Of a DNA stretch of 32,000 nt, positions 1-10,183 are shown piece by piece. The notes under the pieces were generated by a model that saw only the letters and a program-made list of their open reading frames with translations, ran no database searches and was not told where the DNA came from. The stretch's first letter is position 1. The number at the start of each line of letters is the position of its first letter. Position numbers and translations under genes: made by a program. Source of the DNA: Nitrososphaerota archaeon (GTDB lineage: Archaea > Thermoproteota > Nitrososphaeria > Nitrososphaerales > Nitrosopumilaceae); the NCBI GenBank assembly GCA_021325595.1, contig JAJPGX010000005.1, forward strand, positions 49,797 through 81,796, written 5' to 3'.

Positions 1-1262
1 TCTCTTCCACTAACTGTTTTTATCTTAAATTTTCTGTAGCCTGATTTGTGGGGCTTGCCTTTTACAAGGCATGACATGGAACCTACCGCGTAATCCTCTC
101 CATGATTTGAAATGTCAAAACATTCTATTGTAACAGGTGGACTTTGCAGATTTAGTATTTGTTGAAGCTCAAGTATCTCAGGCTCCATTCCTTTTGTTAT
201 TGCAAGTGTAATGTTTTTTAAAATCAATTCTATCATTTCTTTTCTTTTCCCACTCTGTGGTACTGTAATGTTTACCTTAAAGCCAGCCATACGTGAAAGT
301 ACTTCTTCTAAAATGTCTTTTTGATTAGGTATCTCACTTACTATGATGTATTTTGGAATTGGGTTCGTTGAATAATACTGTGACAAAAAGCTTGAAAACG
401 AGTTATCCCCTACCAAGTCAAATGAAAACTTGTTTCTGTCTTTTATTACACCGTGTGTTTGACGAAAACCCATAACATGTGCAGTCTGTTCTTTAATCTT
501 TATTCCAAAATATTCTTCGTCTGTCCCTCTGGGAATCTCCATCTTTTGTTTTACTTGCAAGTTTTGTAGACGATGTAATGTGTCATGGATTTCTTTTGCT
601 TTTTCGTATTCCAAATTGGCCGATGCTTCCCTCATCTGAGATTCAAGTTTTCTTACAAAATCTTCCAGCTTCTGTTTTCCTTTTAGGATTGATTCTAGAT
701 CAGATATGTGCCGTCCGTATCTTGTCTGAGCTTCAACAAACTGGCATGGCGCTTCGCAGTTACCCATGTGGTATTCAAGACAGGCCTCTTTTGGAAGCCT
801 CTTACAGATTCTAATCTTGAATGTCTTGCGCAATAGGCCTATTGAGAGCATTTTTGAGCTTCCATGAGTAAATGGACCATAGATTTTACCGCTACCAAAG
901 AACTGGCCTGTTCTTGTTCTTCTTGCAACCATGAGCCTTGGAAACTTTTCATCAGTGATTCTAAGGTAGGTATACCTTTGCTGATCTTTTAGTTCTATAT
1001 TGTACGGAGGTCTGTAACGCTTTATCATGTTTGATTCAAGTAAATATGCCTCTTCCTCGTTATCTGTTAACACAAATTCGATATCAGCGATTTTTTCAAC
1101 AAGTTTTTGAGTCTTGTAGTTTTGATTTTTCATAAAATATGATCTTATTCTGTTCTTTAGATTCTTGGCCTTTCCAATGTATAGTATTTTCTCAGATGAA
1201 TCTTTCATAATGTATATACCGGGGTGTGACGGAATTGTTACTTTGGATATCTCAAGAGTCAT
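1..1262 (-). CDS. uvrC: Excinuclease ABC subunit C (UvrC), N-terminal ~420 codons; the 3' end runs off the window
   Basis: Absent from the ORF track because it is open at the window edge. My translation of the minus strand from ATG 1262..1260 gives [43 protein letters not shown] (GIY-YIG motif). It continues with CKRLPKEACLEYHMGNCEAPC (UvrC Cys cluster) and a UVR-type helix (LEYEKAKEIHDTLHRLQNL). The start overlaps the uvrA stop by 11 nt. Confidence 0.9.
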   Translation of the reverse strand, partial: MTLEISKVTIPSHPGIYIMKDSSEKILYIGKAKNLKNRIRSYFMKNQNYKTQKLVEKIADIEFVLTDNEEEAYLLESNMIKRYRPPYNIELKDQQRYTYLRITDEKFPRLMVARRTRTGQFFGSGKIYGPFTHGSSKMLSIGLLRKTFKIRICKRLPKEACLEYHMGNCEAPCQFVEAQTRYGRHISDLESILKGKQKLEDFVRKLESQMREASANLEYEKAKEIHDTLHRLQNLQVKQKMEIPRGTDEEYFGIKIKEQTAHVMGFRQTHGVIKDRNKFSFDLVGDNSFSSFLSQYYSTNPIPKYIIVSEIPNQKDILEEVLSRMAGFKVNITVPQSGKRKEMIELILKNITLAITKGMEPEILELQQILNLQSPPVTIECFDISNHGEDYAVGSMSCLVKGKPHKSGYRKFKIKTVSGR

Positions 1263-4071
1263 TTTTCAAAATGCGTTTTAGGTATTGACCTGTGTAGCTT
1301 CTTGGATTTTGAGCAACCTGTTCTGGAGTTCCTGATGCAACAACTGTTCCACCTCCATCTCCCCCCTCTGGGCCCAAATCAATTATCCAGTCTGAATTTT
1401 TGATAACATCCATATTGTGTTCTATTATGATTATTGTATTTCCAAGCTTTACAAGTCTATTTAGAACCTCGAGTAATTTTTTAACATCAGCAAAATGTAA
1501 CCCAGTTGTTGGCTCATCTAATATGTAGACTGTTCTCCCAGTATCTCGCTTTGATAGCTCGGATGCAAGTTTTACACGCTGAGCTTCGCCACCGGATAAT
1601 GTTGTAGCTGGTTGACCTAACTTGATGTATCCTAGACCTACGTCAACTACTGTCTGCAACTTTCTTTGAATTGAAGGAATATTTTTGAAAAATTCTGATG
1701 CTTCTTCTACTGTCATTGAGAGAATATCTGAAATATTTTTGCCCTTGTAATGAACTGCAAGTGTTTCAGAATTGTATCTTTTTCCTTTGCACTCGTCACA
1801 TACTACATAAACATCTGATAAGAACTGCATCTCTATTTTCTTTACTCCGTCGCCTTCACATGCAAAGCATCTGCCATCTGCTACATTAAACGAAAATTGT
1901 CCGGGACTATACCCTCTCTCTTTGGATAGTTCTGTTCCGGCATATAGTTCTCTGATTGGGGTAAAAGCACCAATGTATGTGGCAGGATTTGAACGCGGAG
2001 TTCGACCTATTGGGGACTGATCAATTCCTATTACCTTGTCAATCTCGTCTAATCCTGCTATTGCTTTATGTCTTCCAGGTCTATCTATTGCGCCATAGAT
2101 CTCCTTGGCAAGAGCCTTGTAGAGTATATCATTTACAAGTGTTGATTTGCCAGATCCTGAAACACCTGTTACAGTTATCATCATTCCAAGTGGGAATGTG
2201 ACATCAATATTTTTTAGATTGTTTTCTGCAGCTCCTTTTACAATGATCTCACCTTTTTTCTCATGTTTTCTTTTTTCAAATTTTATTGCGTCATGATTCT
2301 GCAGGTATTGCCCAGTAACTGACCTTTCACTTTTTAAGATGTCATTTATTGTTCCTTCGAATACTATGTCTCCTCCATGTATTCCAGCACCTGGACCCAA
2401 ATCGATTATCCAGTCTGAGCTTCTCATAACTTCCTCATCATGCTCTACTACAAGGATGGTGTTTCCTAGGTCTCTAAGCTTTGTCAAAGTCTTTATCAAT
2501 TTTGCATTGTCTCTTTGGTGCAATCCAATTGTAGGTTCGTCTAAAACGTAAAGTACACCTGTAAGATTTGAGCCAATCTGTGTTGCAAGTCTGATTCTCT
2601 GGGCTTCCCCTCCAGATAGCGTTGAGCTAATGCGATTAAGTGTAAGATAGTTCAGGCCTACATTTCGTAAGAACTCTAGTCTTGAGAGAACTTCTTTTAG
2701 AATTGATTTTGCAATGTATTTTTCAGTTTCGCTAAGCTGGAGATTTTTGAAAAACTCGTAACAAAAATCAACTGATAAATCACATACATCCATAATCGAC
2801 ATTGAATTTATCAAGACAGCAAGTGACTCGTCTTTTAGTCTTCTTCCCTTACATGTATTGCATGGTGTTTCCCGCATGAATTTGCTTAGCTCTTCTAGTT
2901 TTGATTCTGAATCAGTTTCTGCAAAATTTTTTTGAAGGCTTGGTATGACTCCTTGAAAAGTATTGGTATACTCCCACCTTGAATCATTTGACTGGGATTC
3001 GTAAGAAAACTTGACAGCTTCCTGGCTTCCATACAAGATGATTTGAAGTTGTTTAGGAGTCATCTTGTTAATCGGAGTCATTAGATCAAAACCATACTTT
3101 TTTCCAACGTCTCTTAGAGTCTGTCTTCTAAAGGAAGAAAATCTACCTGACCACGGTATAATGGCACCATCTAGTATGGACTTTGTCTTGTCAGGAATTA
3201 GCAAATCAGGCTCAAACTCCATATTTATACCTAATCCATGGCATGTCTTACATGCACCAAAAGGTGAATTGAACGAAAAACCTCTTGGTTCTAACTCGCC
3301 TATTGAGATTCCACAAAAAGGACATGCGTTATTTTGAGAATAAATTTTTTCTTCAGTATCCACAACCATGACATCTCCTTTTCCGGCTTTTAGTGCAGTC
3401 TGAATTGATTCAAAGAGCCTGCTTTTCTCCTCCCAGGACGCTTTTAGTCTATCAACTACAATCTCAATATTGTGCCATTTTTGCTTGTCAAGTGTTGGAA
3501 ATTCGTTTGTAATTTCTATTATTTCCCCATCTACTCTAATCCTGGAGTATCCTTGTTTTTTTATATCTTCAAATAATTTCTCGTAAGTTCCTTTCTTCCT
3601 TCTAACAAGTGATGCTAAAATCAATATTTTTTTTCCTTCTGATTCTTTGAGAATTGATTCACAGATTGATTCTACTGATTGATTGGATATTTTACGTGAA
3701 CATCTGGGGCAATGCGGTGTCCCAATTCTTGCATATAACAATCTGAGATAATCATAAATCTCTGTTATTGTTCCAACTGTGGACCTTGGGTTTTTGCTTG
3801 TAGTTTTTTGTTGGATTGATATTGCCGGTGAAAGTCCTTCGATTGAATCCACATCAGGTTTATTCATCATTTCAAGAAATTGTCTTGCATAAGCAGATAA
3901 TGATTCAACATATCTTCTCTGACCTTCCGCATAAATTGTATCAAAGGCAAGTGTGGATTTTCCAGATCCAGATAGTCCAGTAATTACCACTAGTTTATTT
4001 TTTGGAATATCAACATTGATGTTTTTTAGATTGTGCTCCCTTGCACCACGGATGATTAGTTTATCATTCAT
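1252..4071 (-). CDS. uvrA: Excinuclease ABC subunit A (UvrA)
   Basis: 939 aa. Two ABC modules are present (Walker [10 protein letters not shown] and GVSGSGKST; signature LSGGEAQR twice). Interspersed zinc-finger Cys pairs include CPRC, CPFC..CKTC, CNTC and CDEC. The architecture and length are typical of UvrA. Confidence 0.97.
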   Translation of the reverse strand: MNDKLIIRGAREHNLKNINVDIPKNKLVVITGLSGSGKSTLAFDTIYAEGQRRYVESLSAYARQFLEMMNKPDVDSIEGLSPAISIQQKTTSKNPRSTVGTITEIYDYLRLLYARIGTPHCPRCSRKISNQSVESICESILKESEGKKILILASLVRRKKGTYEKLFEDIKKQGYSRIRVDGEIIEITNEFPTLDKQKWHNIEIVVDRLKASWEEKSRLFESIQTALKAGKGDVMVVDTEEKIYSQNNACPFCGISIGELEPRGFSFNSPFGACKTCHGLGINMEFEPDLLIPDKTKSILDGAIIPWSGRFSSFRRQTLRDVGKKYGFDLMTPINKMTPKQLQIILYGSQEAVKFSYESQSNDSRWEYTNTFQGVIPSLQKNFAETDSESKLEELSKFMRETPCNTCKGRRLKDESLAVLINSMSIMDVCDLSVDFCYEFFKNLQLSETEKYIAKSILKEVLSRLEFLRNVGLNYLTLNRISSTLSGGEAQRIRLATQIGSNLTGVLYVLDEPTIGLHQRDNAKLIKTLTKLRDLGNTILVVEHDEEVMRSSDWIIDLGPGAGIHGGDIVFEGTINDILKSERSVTGQYLQNHDAIKFEKRKHEKKGEIIVKGAAENNLKNIDVTFPLGMMITVTGVSGSGKSTLVNDILYKALAKEIYGAIDRPGRHKAIAGLDEIDKVIGIDQSPIGRTPRSNPATYIGAFTPIRELYAGTELSKERGYSPGQFSFNVADGRCFACEGDGVKKIEMQFLSDVYVVCDECKGKRYNSETLAVHYKGKNISDILSMTVEEASEFFKNIPSIQRKLQTVVDVGLGYIKLGQPATTLSGGEAQRVKLASELSKRDTGRTVYILDEPTTGLHFADVKKLLEVLNRLVKLGNTIIIIEHNMDVIKNSDWIIDLGPEGGDGGGTVVASGTPEQVAQNPRSYTGQYLKRILKNDS

Positions 4072-6004
4072 TTCTTAATTGTCTCTGTATTTTTGCCAAT
4101 TTGTCACGATATTCAATTGCACGCTCAAAATCTAGATCTTCGGCATAGCGTTTCATGCTTGTTTCTATTTCAATTGCCAATGTTTGCAAGTCATGCTTTG
4201 ACATATGCTTTGTCTCATCGAGTACAATTGTCTGTTGAGGTATTGCCTTGATGATAGTAGCTGGCGTGATTCCCATTTTTTTGTTATATTCTATTTGTTT
4301 TGCCCTTCTTCTTTCTGTCTCTGATATGGCAAGTTTCATTGACTGTGTGACTTTATCAGCATACATTATGACAGAGCCGTTTACATTTCTAGCAGCTCTT
4401 CCAAAAGTCTGGATTAAACTGGTGATATTTCTCAAAAAGCCTTCCTTATCTGCATCGAGTATGGCAACGAGAGCAACTTCTGGGATGTCAAGGCCCTCTC
4501 TTAGTAGGTTTATGCCTACTAAGACATCGAACTCGCCCAGTCTTAGTTGCCTGATTATCTCTGTTCTCTGAAGATTTTCAATTTCAGAATGCAGGTATCT
4601 GACCCTTACCTTGTTCTTTGACAGGTACTCTGCCAAATCTTCAGCCATTCTTTTTGTTAATGTGGTAACCAGAACTCGTTGGTTTTTATCTATGTGTTTT
4701 TTGATTTCTATAATCAAGTCATCCATCTGTTTTTCTGTTTTTCGTGTTTCTACAGTTGGGTCCACAAGACCTGTCGGTCTAACTAACTGCTCAACAATTT
4801 GAAAACTTTTCTTTCTTTCATAGTCACCAGGTGTTGCAGATACAAAGATTGTATTTTGTACATATTTTTCAAATTCGTCAAACTTGAGAGGTCTATTATC
4901 AAAGGCACTAGGTAATCTAAACCCGTAATCAATTAGAGATTTTTTTCTTGTATGATCACCATTATACATACCATGTAATTGTGGCAAGGTAACATGTGAC
5001 TCATCAATTACTAACAAAAAGTCATTGCCAAAAAAATCTAAAAGACAAAACGGTGGCTGGCCTGGTTTTCTTCCATCAAAATGTCTTGAATAATTTTCAA
5101 TTCCTGAACAGTATCCTAGCTCCTCTATCATTTCCAAATCATACTTTGTTCTCATCTCAAGTCTTTGTCTTTCAAGCTCTGGCAGCTCTGCAAGTCTTTG
5201 TTTGAGCTCATTTCTAATTGACTGGACTGCGGTCTTTCTTACATCTGATGCAACAAGATAATGCTTTGCAGGAAATATTTTAATTGTTGACACTTGTTTT
5301 TTTTCTTTTAGTGATACGGGGTCACAAATCGAAATTTTTTCTATCTCATCTCCAAAAAGAGAAATTCGAACAATTGAATCAGAATATGCAGGAATGATAT
5401 CTATGGTATCTCCTTTTATTCGAAACCTTCCTGCAACAAGTTCTGTATCATTTCTCTCATATCTTGCATTGACTAACTTTTTTATCAAATTGCCTCTGTC
5501 CATCTCTTTTCCTTTTTCTACTGTGATTGACATTGCTTCCCATTCACTTGGAGACCCAAGGGAATAAATGCATGAGACAGTAGCAACAATTATTGTGGGT
5601 TCTCCTGATAACAACATGGCAGTTGCCTCTAATCTCATCTTTTCAATTTTTTCATTGATGGCAGTGTCTTTTTCTATGTAGGTATCGGTTTGTGGGATAT
5701 AACTTTCTGGTTGGTAATAATCATAATATGAAACAAAATATCCTATGTTGTTGTTTGGAAAGAATTGTTTTAGTTCTGAATAAAGCTGTGCAGCTAGTGT
5801 CTTGTTATGCGATATGATGAGTGTTCTTTTTCCAGTTCTTGCAATAACATTTGCAACAGTAAATGTCTTACCGCTGCCTGTTACTCCAAGCAATGTCTGG
5901 ATTTTTCTCTTTTTTACGCCAGCTACTAGTTGTTCAATTGCTTGTGGCTGATCGCCTGAAGGTTCAAATTCTGACACTATCTGAAAGCTCGGATTTTCTA
6001 GCAA
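4064..6004 (-). CDS. uvrB: Excinuclease ABC subunit B (UvrB)
   Basis: 646 aa. Motifs: N-terminal [11 protein letters not shown], helicase motif [13 protein letters not shown] box (VIDESHVT), and a C-terminal UVR domain ([16 protein letters not shown]). The start is TTG at 6004, with an in-frame stop two codons upstream. The stop overlaps the uvrA ATG in ATGAATGA. Confidence 0.97.
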   Translation of the reverse strand: MLENPSFQIVSEFEPSGDQPQAIEQLVAGVKKRKIQTLLGVTGSGKTFTVANVIARTGKRTLIISHNKTLAAQLYSELKQFFPNNNIGYFVSYYDYYQPESYIPQTDTYIEKDTAINEKIEKMRLEATAMLLSGEPTIIVATVSCIYSLGSPSEWEAMSITVEKGKEMDRGNLIKKLVNARYERNDTELVAGRFRIKGDTIDIIPAYSDSIVRISLFGDEIEKISICDPVSLKEKKQVSTIKIFPAKHYLVASDVRKTAVQSIRNELKQRLAELPELERQRLEMRTKYDLEMIEELGYCSGIENYSRHFDGRKPGQPPFCLLDFFGNDFLLVIDESHVTLPQLHGMYNGDHTRKKSLIDYGFRLPSAFDNRPLKFDEFEKYVQNTIFVSATPGDYERKKSFQIVEQLVRPTGLVDPTVETRKTEKQMDDLIIEIKKHIDKNQRVLVTTLTKRMAEDLAEYLSKNKVRVRYLHSEIENLQRTEIIRQLRLGEFDVLVGINLLREGLDIPEVALVAILDADKEGFLRNITSLIQTFGRAARNVNGSVIMYADKVTQSMKLAISETERRRAKQIEYNKKMGITPATIIKAIPQQTIVLDETKHMSKHDLQTLAIEIETSMKRYAEDLDFERAIEYRDKLAKIQRQLRNE

Positions 6005-6027
6005 GTGCTATGAGTTGGGCCTGATCG

Positions 6028-6036
6028 AAATTTAAA
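6028..6036 (-). promoter_or_regulatory. TATA-like box upstream of uvrB
   Basis: The minus strand reads GCTTTAAATTTC, centred about 28 nt upstream of the uvrB start. This spacing fits an archaeal TATA box with a leaderless or very short-leader mRNA. Sequence pattern only. Confidence 0.3.
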
Positions 6037-6057
6037 GCAATGCTGATAATGTTATTA

Positions 6058-6705
6058 TTACCAGTTTGGTTCTTCAGAAATTTTTAAGCCATTTTCTGTT
6101 TGTATTATTCCCATTATCTTTAATGTGTTTTTAGATGTGGCAGAATTTCTTTCCAAGATTTTTTTTGCTAAATTCAGTCTGGTTCTTTGGTCTAGATGCT
6201 GGCCTATCTTGTATTTGCCTTTCATTGTAGTTGGTTTTACTCTAATTATTGCTACTTCATCTACTACACCCATTTCTGGTGATATTGGTTCATAGCCACC
6301 TTCGGGCTGGTATTTTTGCATGAGCGCATTTAGTGCCATTGTCTTTTCATTTCGATCTGAAACTATGCTTGCATTTCCTTTGATTACAACACTGATGTAT
6401 AGCGTATCTGCCTGAGATGCGTCAGTTGGTGATGTAAAGTATGAGGGAAGAAACTCAAGACTTTGATCTACTTCAAACCCAACTTTGGGATTTTTTTTAA
6501 TGTTCTCTAGTTTTTCCCCTCTTGGATGAGAGTGCATGTAAATGGCATCATTTGTGTATACAAAATTCATGGGGATTATCTGTGGGTAGCCATCCTTGTC
6601 TACGCTACATACTCTACCGGTTTCCTGTTGGTTTAGAAATTCAATTATCCTGTCTTTTGATTTGATCTCTAGTCGTCCAAGAAGCTGCATAGACTTGGTT
6701 ATCAA
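6058..6705 (-). CDS. Pyridoxamine 5'-phosphate oxidase-family (FMN-binding split-barrel) protein
   Basis: 215 aa. The N-terminal region (IIEFLNQQETGRVCSVDKDGYPQIIPMNFVY..AIYMHSHPRGEKLENIKKNPKVGFEVD) resembles the PNPOx-like / Nim-type flavin-binding fold as I remember it. Confidence 0.7.
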   Translation of the reverse strand: MITKSMQLLGRLEIKSKDRIIEFLNQQETGRVCSVDKDGYPQIIPMNFVYTNDAIYMHSHPRGEKLENIKKNPKVGFEVDQSLEFLPSYFTSPTDASQADTLYISVVIKGNASIVSDRNEKTMALNALMQKYQPEGGYEPISPEMGVVDEVAIIRVKPTTMKGKYKIGQHLDQRTRLNLAKKILERNSATSKNTLKIMGIIQTENGLKISEEPNW

Positions 6706-6766
6706 ATTTAGTATTTCTACATATAGTTTTTAAAATAGATAAATGTGAGCAATATGTACCTTAATC

Positions 6767-7174
6767 ATGAATTATGGTAAAAATAACCCATTATGGTCAT
6801 TTTGGATAATAGGCGTATCAGTAGCATCATTTTCAAGTTATGTTTATCATTTGTTTGGAGACACTATTCCATCTTTCTTCTCTGTATATTTTAAAGACAT
6901 AGGATCTGCCATTATTATGCTTGTAGTCTTTGTTTTTGCTATAGCCTGGATGCTAAAAGCAAAACCTCACCAAAAACCAAGATCATACATGCTCAAAGTG
7001 TTTGATGCATGTGGTGAGGAATTCAAACTAGATGGTATCAGAACAGACTTTCATGTCTATGATGTGGCAGTCAGCTTCATGAAACAATACAAGAAATCAT
7101 ATCCTGTCTATAACTTTGCACTTGTATCAGAAATGCCAAATTCAGAAAGATTGACCATATTCAGATATCTTTAG
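6767..7174 (+). CDS. Hypothetical membrane protein (two predicted TM helices)
   Basis: 135 aa with an ATG start. There are hydrophobic stretches WSFWIIGVSVASFSSYVY and AIIMLVVFVFAIAWML, and a TATA-like TTTTTAAAATAG lies about 30 nt upstream. No family was recognised. Confidence 0.5.
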   Translation: MNYGKNNPLWSFWIIGVSVASFSSYVYHLFGDTIPSFFSVYFKDIGSAIIMLVVFVFAIAWMLKAKPHQKPRSYMLKVFDACGEEFKLDGIRTDFHVYDVAVSFMKQYKKSYPVYNFALVSEMPNSERLTIFRYL

Positions 7175-7178
7175 AAAA

Positions 7179-8264
7179 TTACTTTCTTGGATTGTTTTGG
7201 TCCTTAAAGTATGGCAATATTGTGGAGCCAAACTTATCAATTGAACCAAAATATCCACCTCCCCAGAATCTCACAATAAAGTGGTTTACTCCTGCCTTCA
7301 TGAATCTCTCAAAGACTGGTATGATATCATCTGGTGTTCCCATGCCAATTGAAGAACGTGCAACTTCGTCTGGGATTGTCTGAGCTGCCTCTCTCATCTT
7401 TACAATCCATTCTTGGTTTGACATGGAATATTCGGTAAAGTATTTCTTGAAATCAAATCCTGCTATGTCTTTAATATTGTGAACTTTGAGAACTTCGGGC
7501 TTGAATAAACTTACCTTTACTGCAGTTTTCATTTTTGCCCAAGCGGCTTCTGCATCATCTGAGAAATACACATCAATGTCTACTGCAAACTGGAAATCTT
7601 TTTCATCTCTTCCATTTTCTTTCATTGATGTCTTGATTGCTTTTGCATGCTCTTTGTATAGCTCAGGCGTATATCCGATTGGAATCCACCCATCACCATA
7701 TTTTCCACATAGTGCAAGCGTTCTTGGTGCACCTGCTGCCATGTAAATTGGTGGATGTGGTTTTCTGATGCTTTTTGCTTGAAGGCATGCCTCTTCAAGC
7801 TGGTAAAATTCCCCGTTAAAGTTTACTCTGTGGTCAGGTGATGATTCAAAAAGCAATTTGATTACTTGAAGCTGTTCTTCAAACCTTCCAACAGGTTTGT
7901 CCCATTGGATTTTGAATTCTTTTATGTTTTGGGCCTCTCCTGCACCAATACCCAATGTGCCTCTACCATGAGATATTCTATCCAGTGTAATTGTAGCAAG
8001 TGCAATGTTTGATGGATGTCTTCTCACTGCATCTGTTACACATGTTCCAAGTTCAACCTTGTTTGTAACAGCAGCTATTGCAGATAACATGACCCAAGGA
8101 TCATTTACTATGGCATGATTCCATTGTGGGACATTACTGTGGTCCATGTACCAGATAGAATCATAACCCATTCTATCAGCTAAAACACATGCAGTAAGAA
8201 TCTGATCTTCTGTTAAACCTAATCTTGCGACGTTTAGTCCTTGTTGGATTCCAAACTTTATCAT
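7179..8264 (-). CDS. Luciferase-like monooxygenase (LLM) family, probably F420-dependent oxidoreductase
   Basis: 361 aa. The TIM-barrel LLM pattern is present (FGIQ..; DSIWYMDH; TLDRISHGRGTLGIGAGE; PPIYMAAGAPRTLAL). It resembles the methylene-H4MPT reductase-like F420 enzymes common in archaea. Confidence 0.8.
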   Translation of the reverse strand: MIKFGIQQGLNVARLGLTEDQILTACVLADRMGYDSIWYMDHSNVPQWNHAIVNDPWVMLSAIAAVTNKVELGTCVTDAVRRHPSNIALATITLDRISHGRGTLGIGAGEAQNIKEFKIQWDKPVGRFEEQLQVIKLLFESSPDHRVNFNGEFYQLEEACLQAKSIRKPHPPIYMAAGAPRTLALCGKYGDGWIPIGYTPELYKEHAKAIKTSMKENGRDEKDFQFAVDIDVYFSDDAEAAWAKMKTAVKVSLFKPEVLKVHNIKDIAGFDFKKYFTEYSMSNQEWIVKMREAAQTIPDEVARSSIGMGTPDDIIPVFERFMKAGVNHFIVRFWGGGYFGSIDKFGSTILPYFKDQNNPRK

Positions 8265-8347
8265 CTTCTCATTAGACCCCGTTGAATGTTGCTCACTTGA
8301 AAGCGGTATTTAAGTCTAAAAAATTAGAAAGAAATCGTAGATTGGTT

Positions 8348-9292
8348 TTAGAGTTTACCGTCTACGATGTCTTTGAGTAACTGTATGACATCATCCTTAG
8401 TTACTGGTATTGGGTTTGGATCCAAATGACCCTTGTCTGTCATTACAACATCAGCCGCTTGGTCAAATGGTGCTTTTAATGTCAACTTGTCAAACTTTAG
8501 CTTCTCTACCACTTCTTTGAACTTGTCATAGAAAATGGACTTGTTGAATCTATGCGCTACTGTGGTACACGATGATAACGAATATCCGTGTGGCACTCCT
8601 TCATTTGAAAAGACATACGATAAGGCATGCCCTAGTGTGGTTGACGCGTTTCCAAATCCAATTCCTGATAACATGGAACCAAATGGATAATTTTCTGGCT
8701 TGTTGTTAATTATTGCATCATATAGCACATCAAAAGCAGACTTGCACATCATTCTTGTAAAATCATTTCCTCGTTTGCTATCATATCCTTCAGTTGCTTG
8801 AGCGCATGCGTCACAAACAGAGTTTTTGACAATTGCCTCTGGTGTTCCATCCATGAAATATGCATCAATTACTGCCATGTCTGCTAAAAATCTCTCATCT
8901 TGGAGTAGTTTCTTTTTTCCATCAAACTTGAGAACGCAGTATGTTGTCATCTCTGCTCCTGTTCCAAACGTGGTTGGAATCAATATTTTTGGAATCTTCA
9001 TCTCCATTCCTGCATATTTTGCTACATCTAGTGAACTTCCACCACCCAATCCAATTATTGCTGACGGATTTTTTGGTTTGAACTCTGACATTACTTTATT
9101 GACAGTCTCAATTGATGGCTCTGGTTCTACTTTGTCATATAACATGTAATCTGTAATTTTCATTCTTGAAAGCCATTTTGTTGAAACGTCTGGAGGTGCG
9201 GTAGTTACAACTAGTGCATTTTTTGGGTATTGCGTTTCAGACAAGGCATCTTTGCCGAAATTGATAACTTTTGGTATTCTTACTGTTTCCAT
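8348..9292 (-). CDS. Iron-containing (group III) alcohol dehydrogenase family protein
   Basis: 314 aa. It has a GLGGGSSLDVAKY nucleotide-binding motif, a PKILIPTTFGTGAEMT motif and His-rich metal ligands (LGHALSY..PHG). The substrate cannot be read from the sequence. Confidence 0.8.
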   Translation of the reverse strand: METVRIPKVINFGKDALSETQYPKNALVVTTAPPDVSTKWLSRMKITDYMLYDKVEPEPSIETVNKVMSEFKPKNPSAIIGLGGGSSLDVAKYAGMEMKIPKILIPTTFGTGAEMTTYCVLKFDGKKKLLQDERFLADMAVIDAYFMDGTPEAIVKNSVCDACAQATEGYDSKRGNDFTRMMCKSAFDVLYDAIINNKPENYPFGSMLSGIGFGNASTTLGHALSYVFSNEGVPHGYSLSSCTTVAHRFNKSIFYDKFKEVVEKLKFDKLTLKAPFDQAADVVMTDKGHLDPNPIPVTKDDVIQLLKDIVDGKL

Positions 9293-9343
9293 AAAAAATT
9301 AAGAATCCCAATTATTATTATACTATTGCATAAGTTTTATTTT

Positions 9344-10072
9344 TTAGACGTGTATTATTCCGTTGGTGATTAGCCATTGGATTCCATTAACAAAGGTGGA
9401 ATCATCGATTTGTCCTTTTGACCAGAACCCTGCATTGTTTTTCACCCATGCTGGGATCTTGACATTTTGTGAAACCTGATCACTGCTCTGAGTTGGTGGT
9501 ATCTTGATTATTCCTTGTTGAATTAGATACTGAATTCCTGATGCGAATGTAGAGTCATCAATGGATCCATCATACCAGAATTTTGCATTGTTTTTCACCC
9601 ATGCTGGTATCTTTATTGCTTCAGTTGTACTTACTACAGAATTTCCTCCAGTTGACTGACCTCCGACTGTAATAGAAAATTTGGCAGTCTCAGGGGGAAT
9701 AGGTTGGAAAACTATTCCGTCTACCTCAACTATGACCTGATAAGTTCCAGCTGACTGGAATTGAAATGGTATGCTTACTGCACCTTCGGCTGTATGTGAT
9801 ATTGGGATTCCAAATACTTGATTGGTCCCCTCCATTACTATTACTTTGTAGTCAATATGTACCTGTATTGCGTTTGTCTGTTTGTTGATAAAACTGATTT
9901 TTAGCTGTGTCTGATCCCCAGGGTTTGGAGAAGCAGGATTTGTTTCAAATCCTACCTTTATTGTACCACCACTTGTTGTTTGGATAGTAGGATCAGCATA
10001 CGCTGGAATTGTGATTATTGACAAGACTAGAAAAACTGCAAAATATTTCCAAGTCGACTTGAGGAAGATCAT
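9344..10072 (-). CDS. Secreted protein: signal peptide, beta-rich Ig-like domain, and two C-terminal WxKNNAxFW..GIQYLI modules
   Basis: 242 aa. The N-terminal signal-like segment is MIFLKSTWKYFAVFLVLSIITIPAYA. A beta-strand-rich middle region contains AGTYQVIVEVDG. Two tandem ~38-aa modules follow at residues 154-191 and 205-242. Confidence 0.75.
   Translation of the reverse strand: MIFLKSTWKYFAVFLVLSIITIPAYADPTIQTTSGGTIKVGFETNPASPNPGDQTQLKISFINKQTNAIQVHIDYKVIVMEGTNQVFGIPISHTAEGAVSIPFQFQSAGTYQVIVEVDGIVFQPIPPETAKFSITVGGQSTGGNSVVSTTEAIKIPAWVKNNAKFWYDGSIDDSTFASGIQYLIQQGIIKIPPTQSSDQVSQNVKIPAWVKNNAGFWSKGQIDDSTFVNGIQWLITNGIIHV
9347..9613 (-). repeat. Tandem protein-level repeat (2 x ~38 aa) of the WxKNNAxFW..D..F..GIQ[YW]LI..GII module
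   Basis: KIPAWVKNNAKFWYDGSIDDSTFASGIQYLIQQGIIKIP versus KIPAWVKNNAGFWSKGQIDDSTFVNGIQWLITNGIIHV. The same module occurs twice in the 18585..19469 protein. Confidence 0.8.
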
Positions 10073-10183
10073 GCATTAAAATCAATGTCTTCCCTATATA
10101 AAAAAAGTGCAAAAAATCACAGCATACTTTAAATCAACAACTTGTATCGACAAGACAAAATAGACTGACGTGGTATCATTTTT

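Noticed and set aside
578-814. 78-aa + strand ORF from the track
   Set aside because: It lies entirely antisense to the clearly coding uvrC frame (GIY-YIG, Cys cluster and UVR motifs on the minus strand). It is a shadow ORF.
1698-5205. Multiple 60-107-aa + strand ORFs inside uvrA and uvrB (1698, 1977, 2339, 3065, 4248, 4611, 4996)
   Set aside because: All are antisense to long, motif-rich conserved genes. Their translations are low-complexity and Leu/Ser/Phe-rich, as expected for shadows in AT-rich DNA.
10142-10149. TTGTATCG shared at about -42/-45 upstream of the glycerate kinase (10142) and DUF255 (19516) genes, each within a small palindrome
   Set aside because: A single 8-mer recurring once in 32 kb on two strands is close to the chance expectation. 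The positional coincidence is intriguing but not enough to call a regulon.
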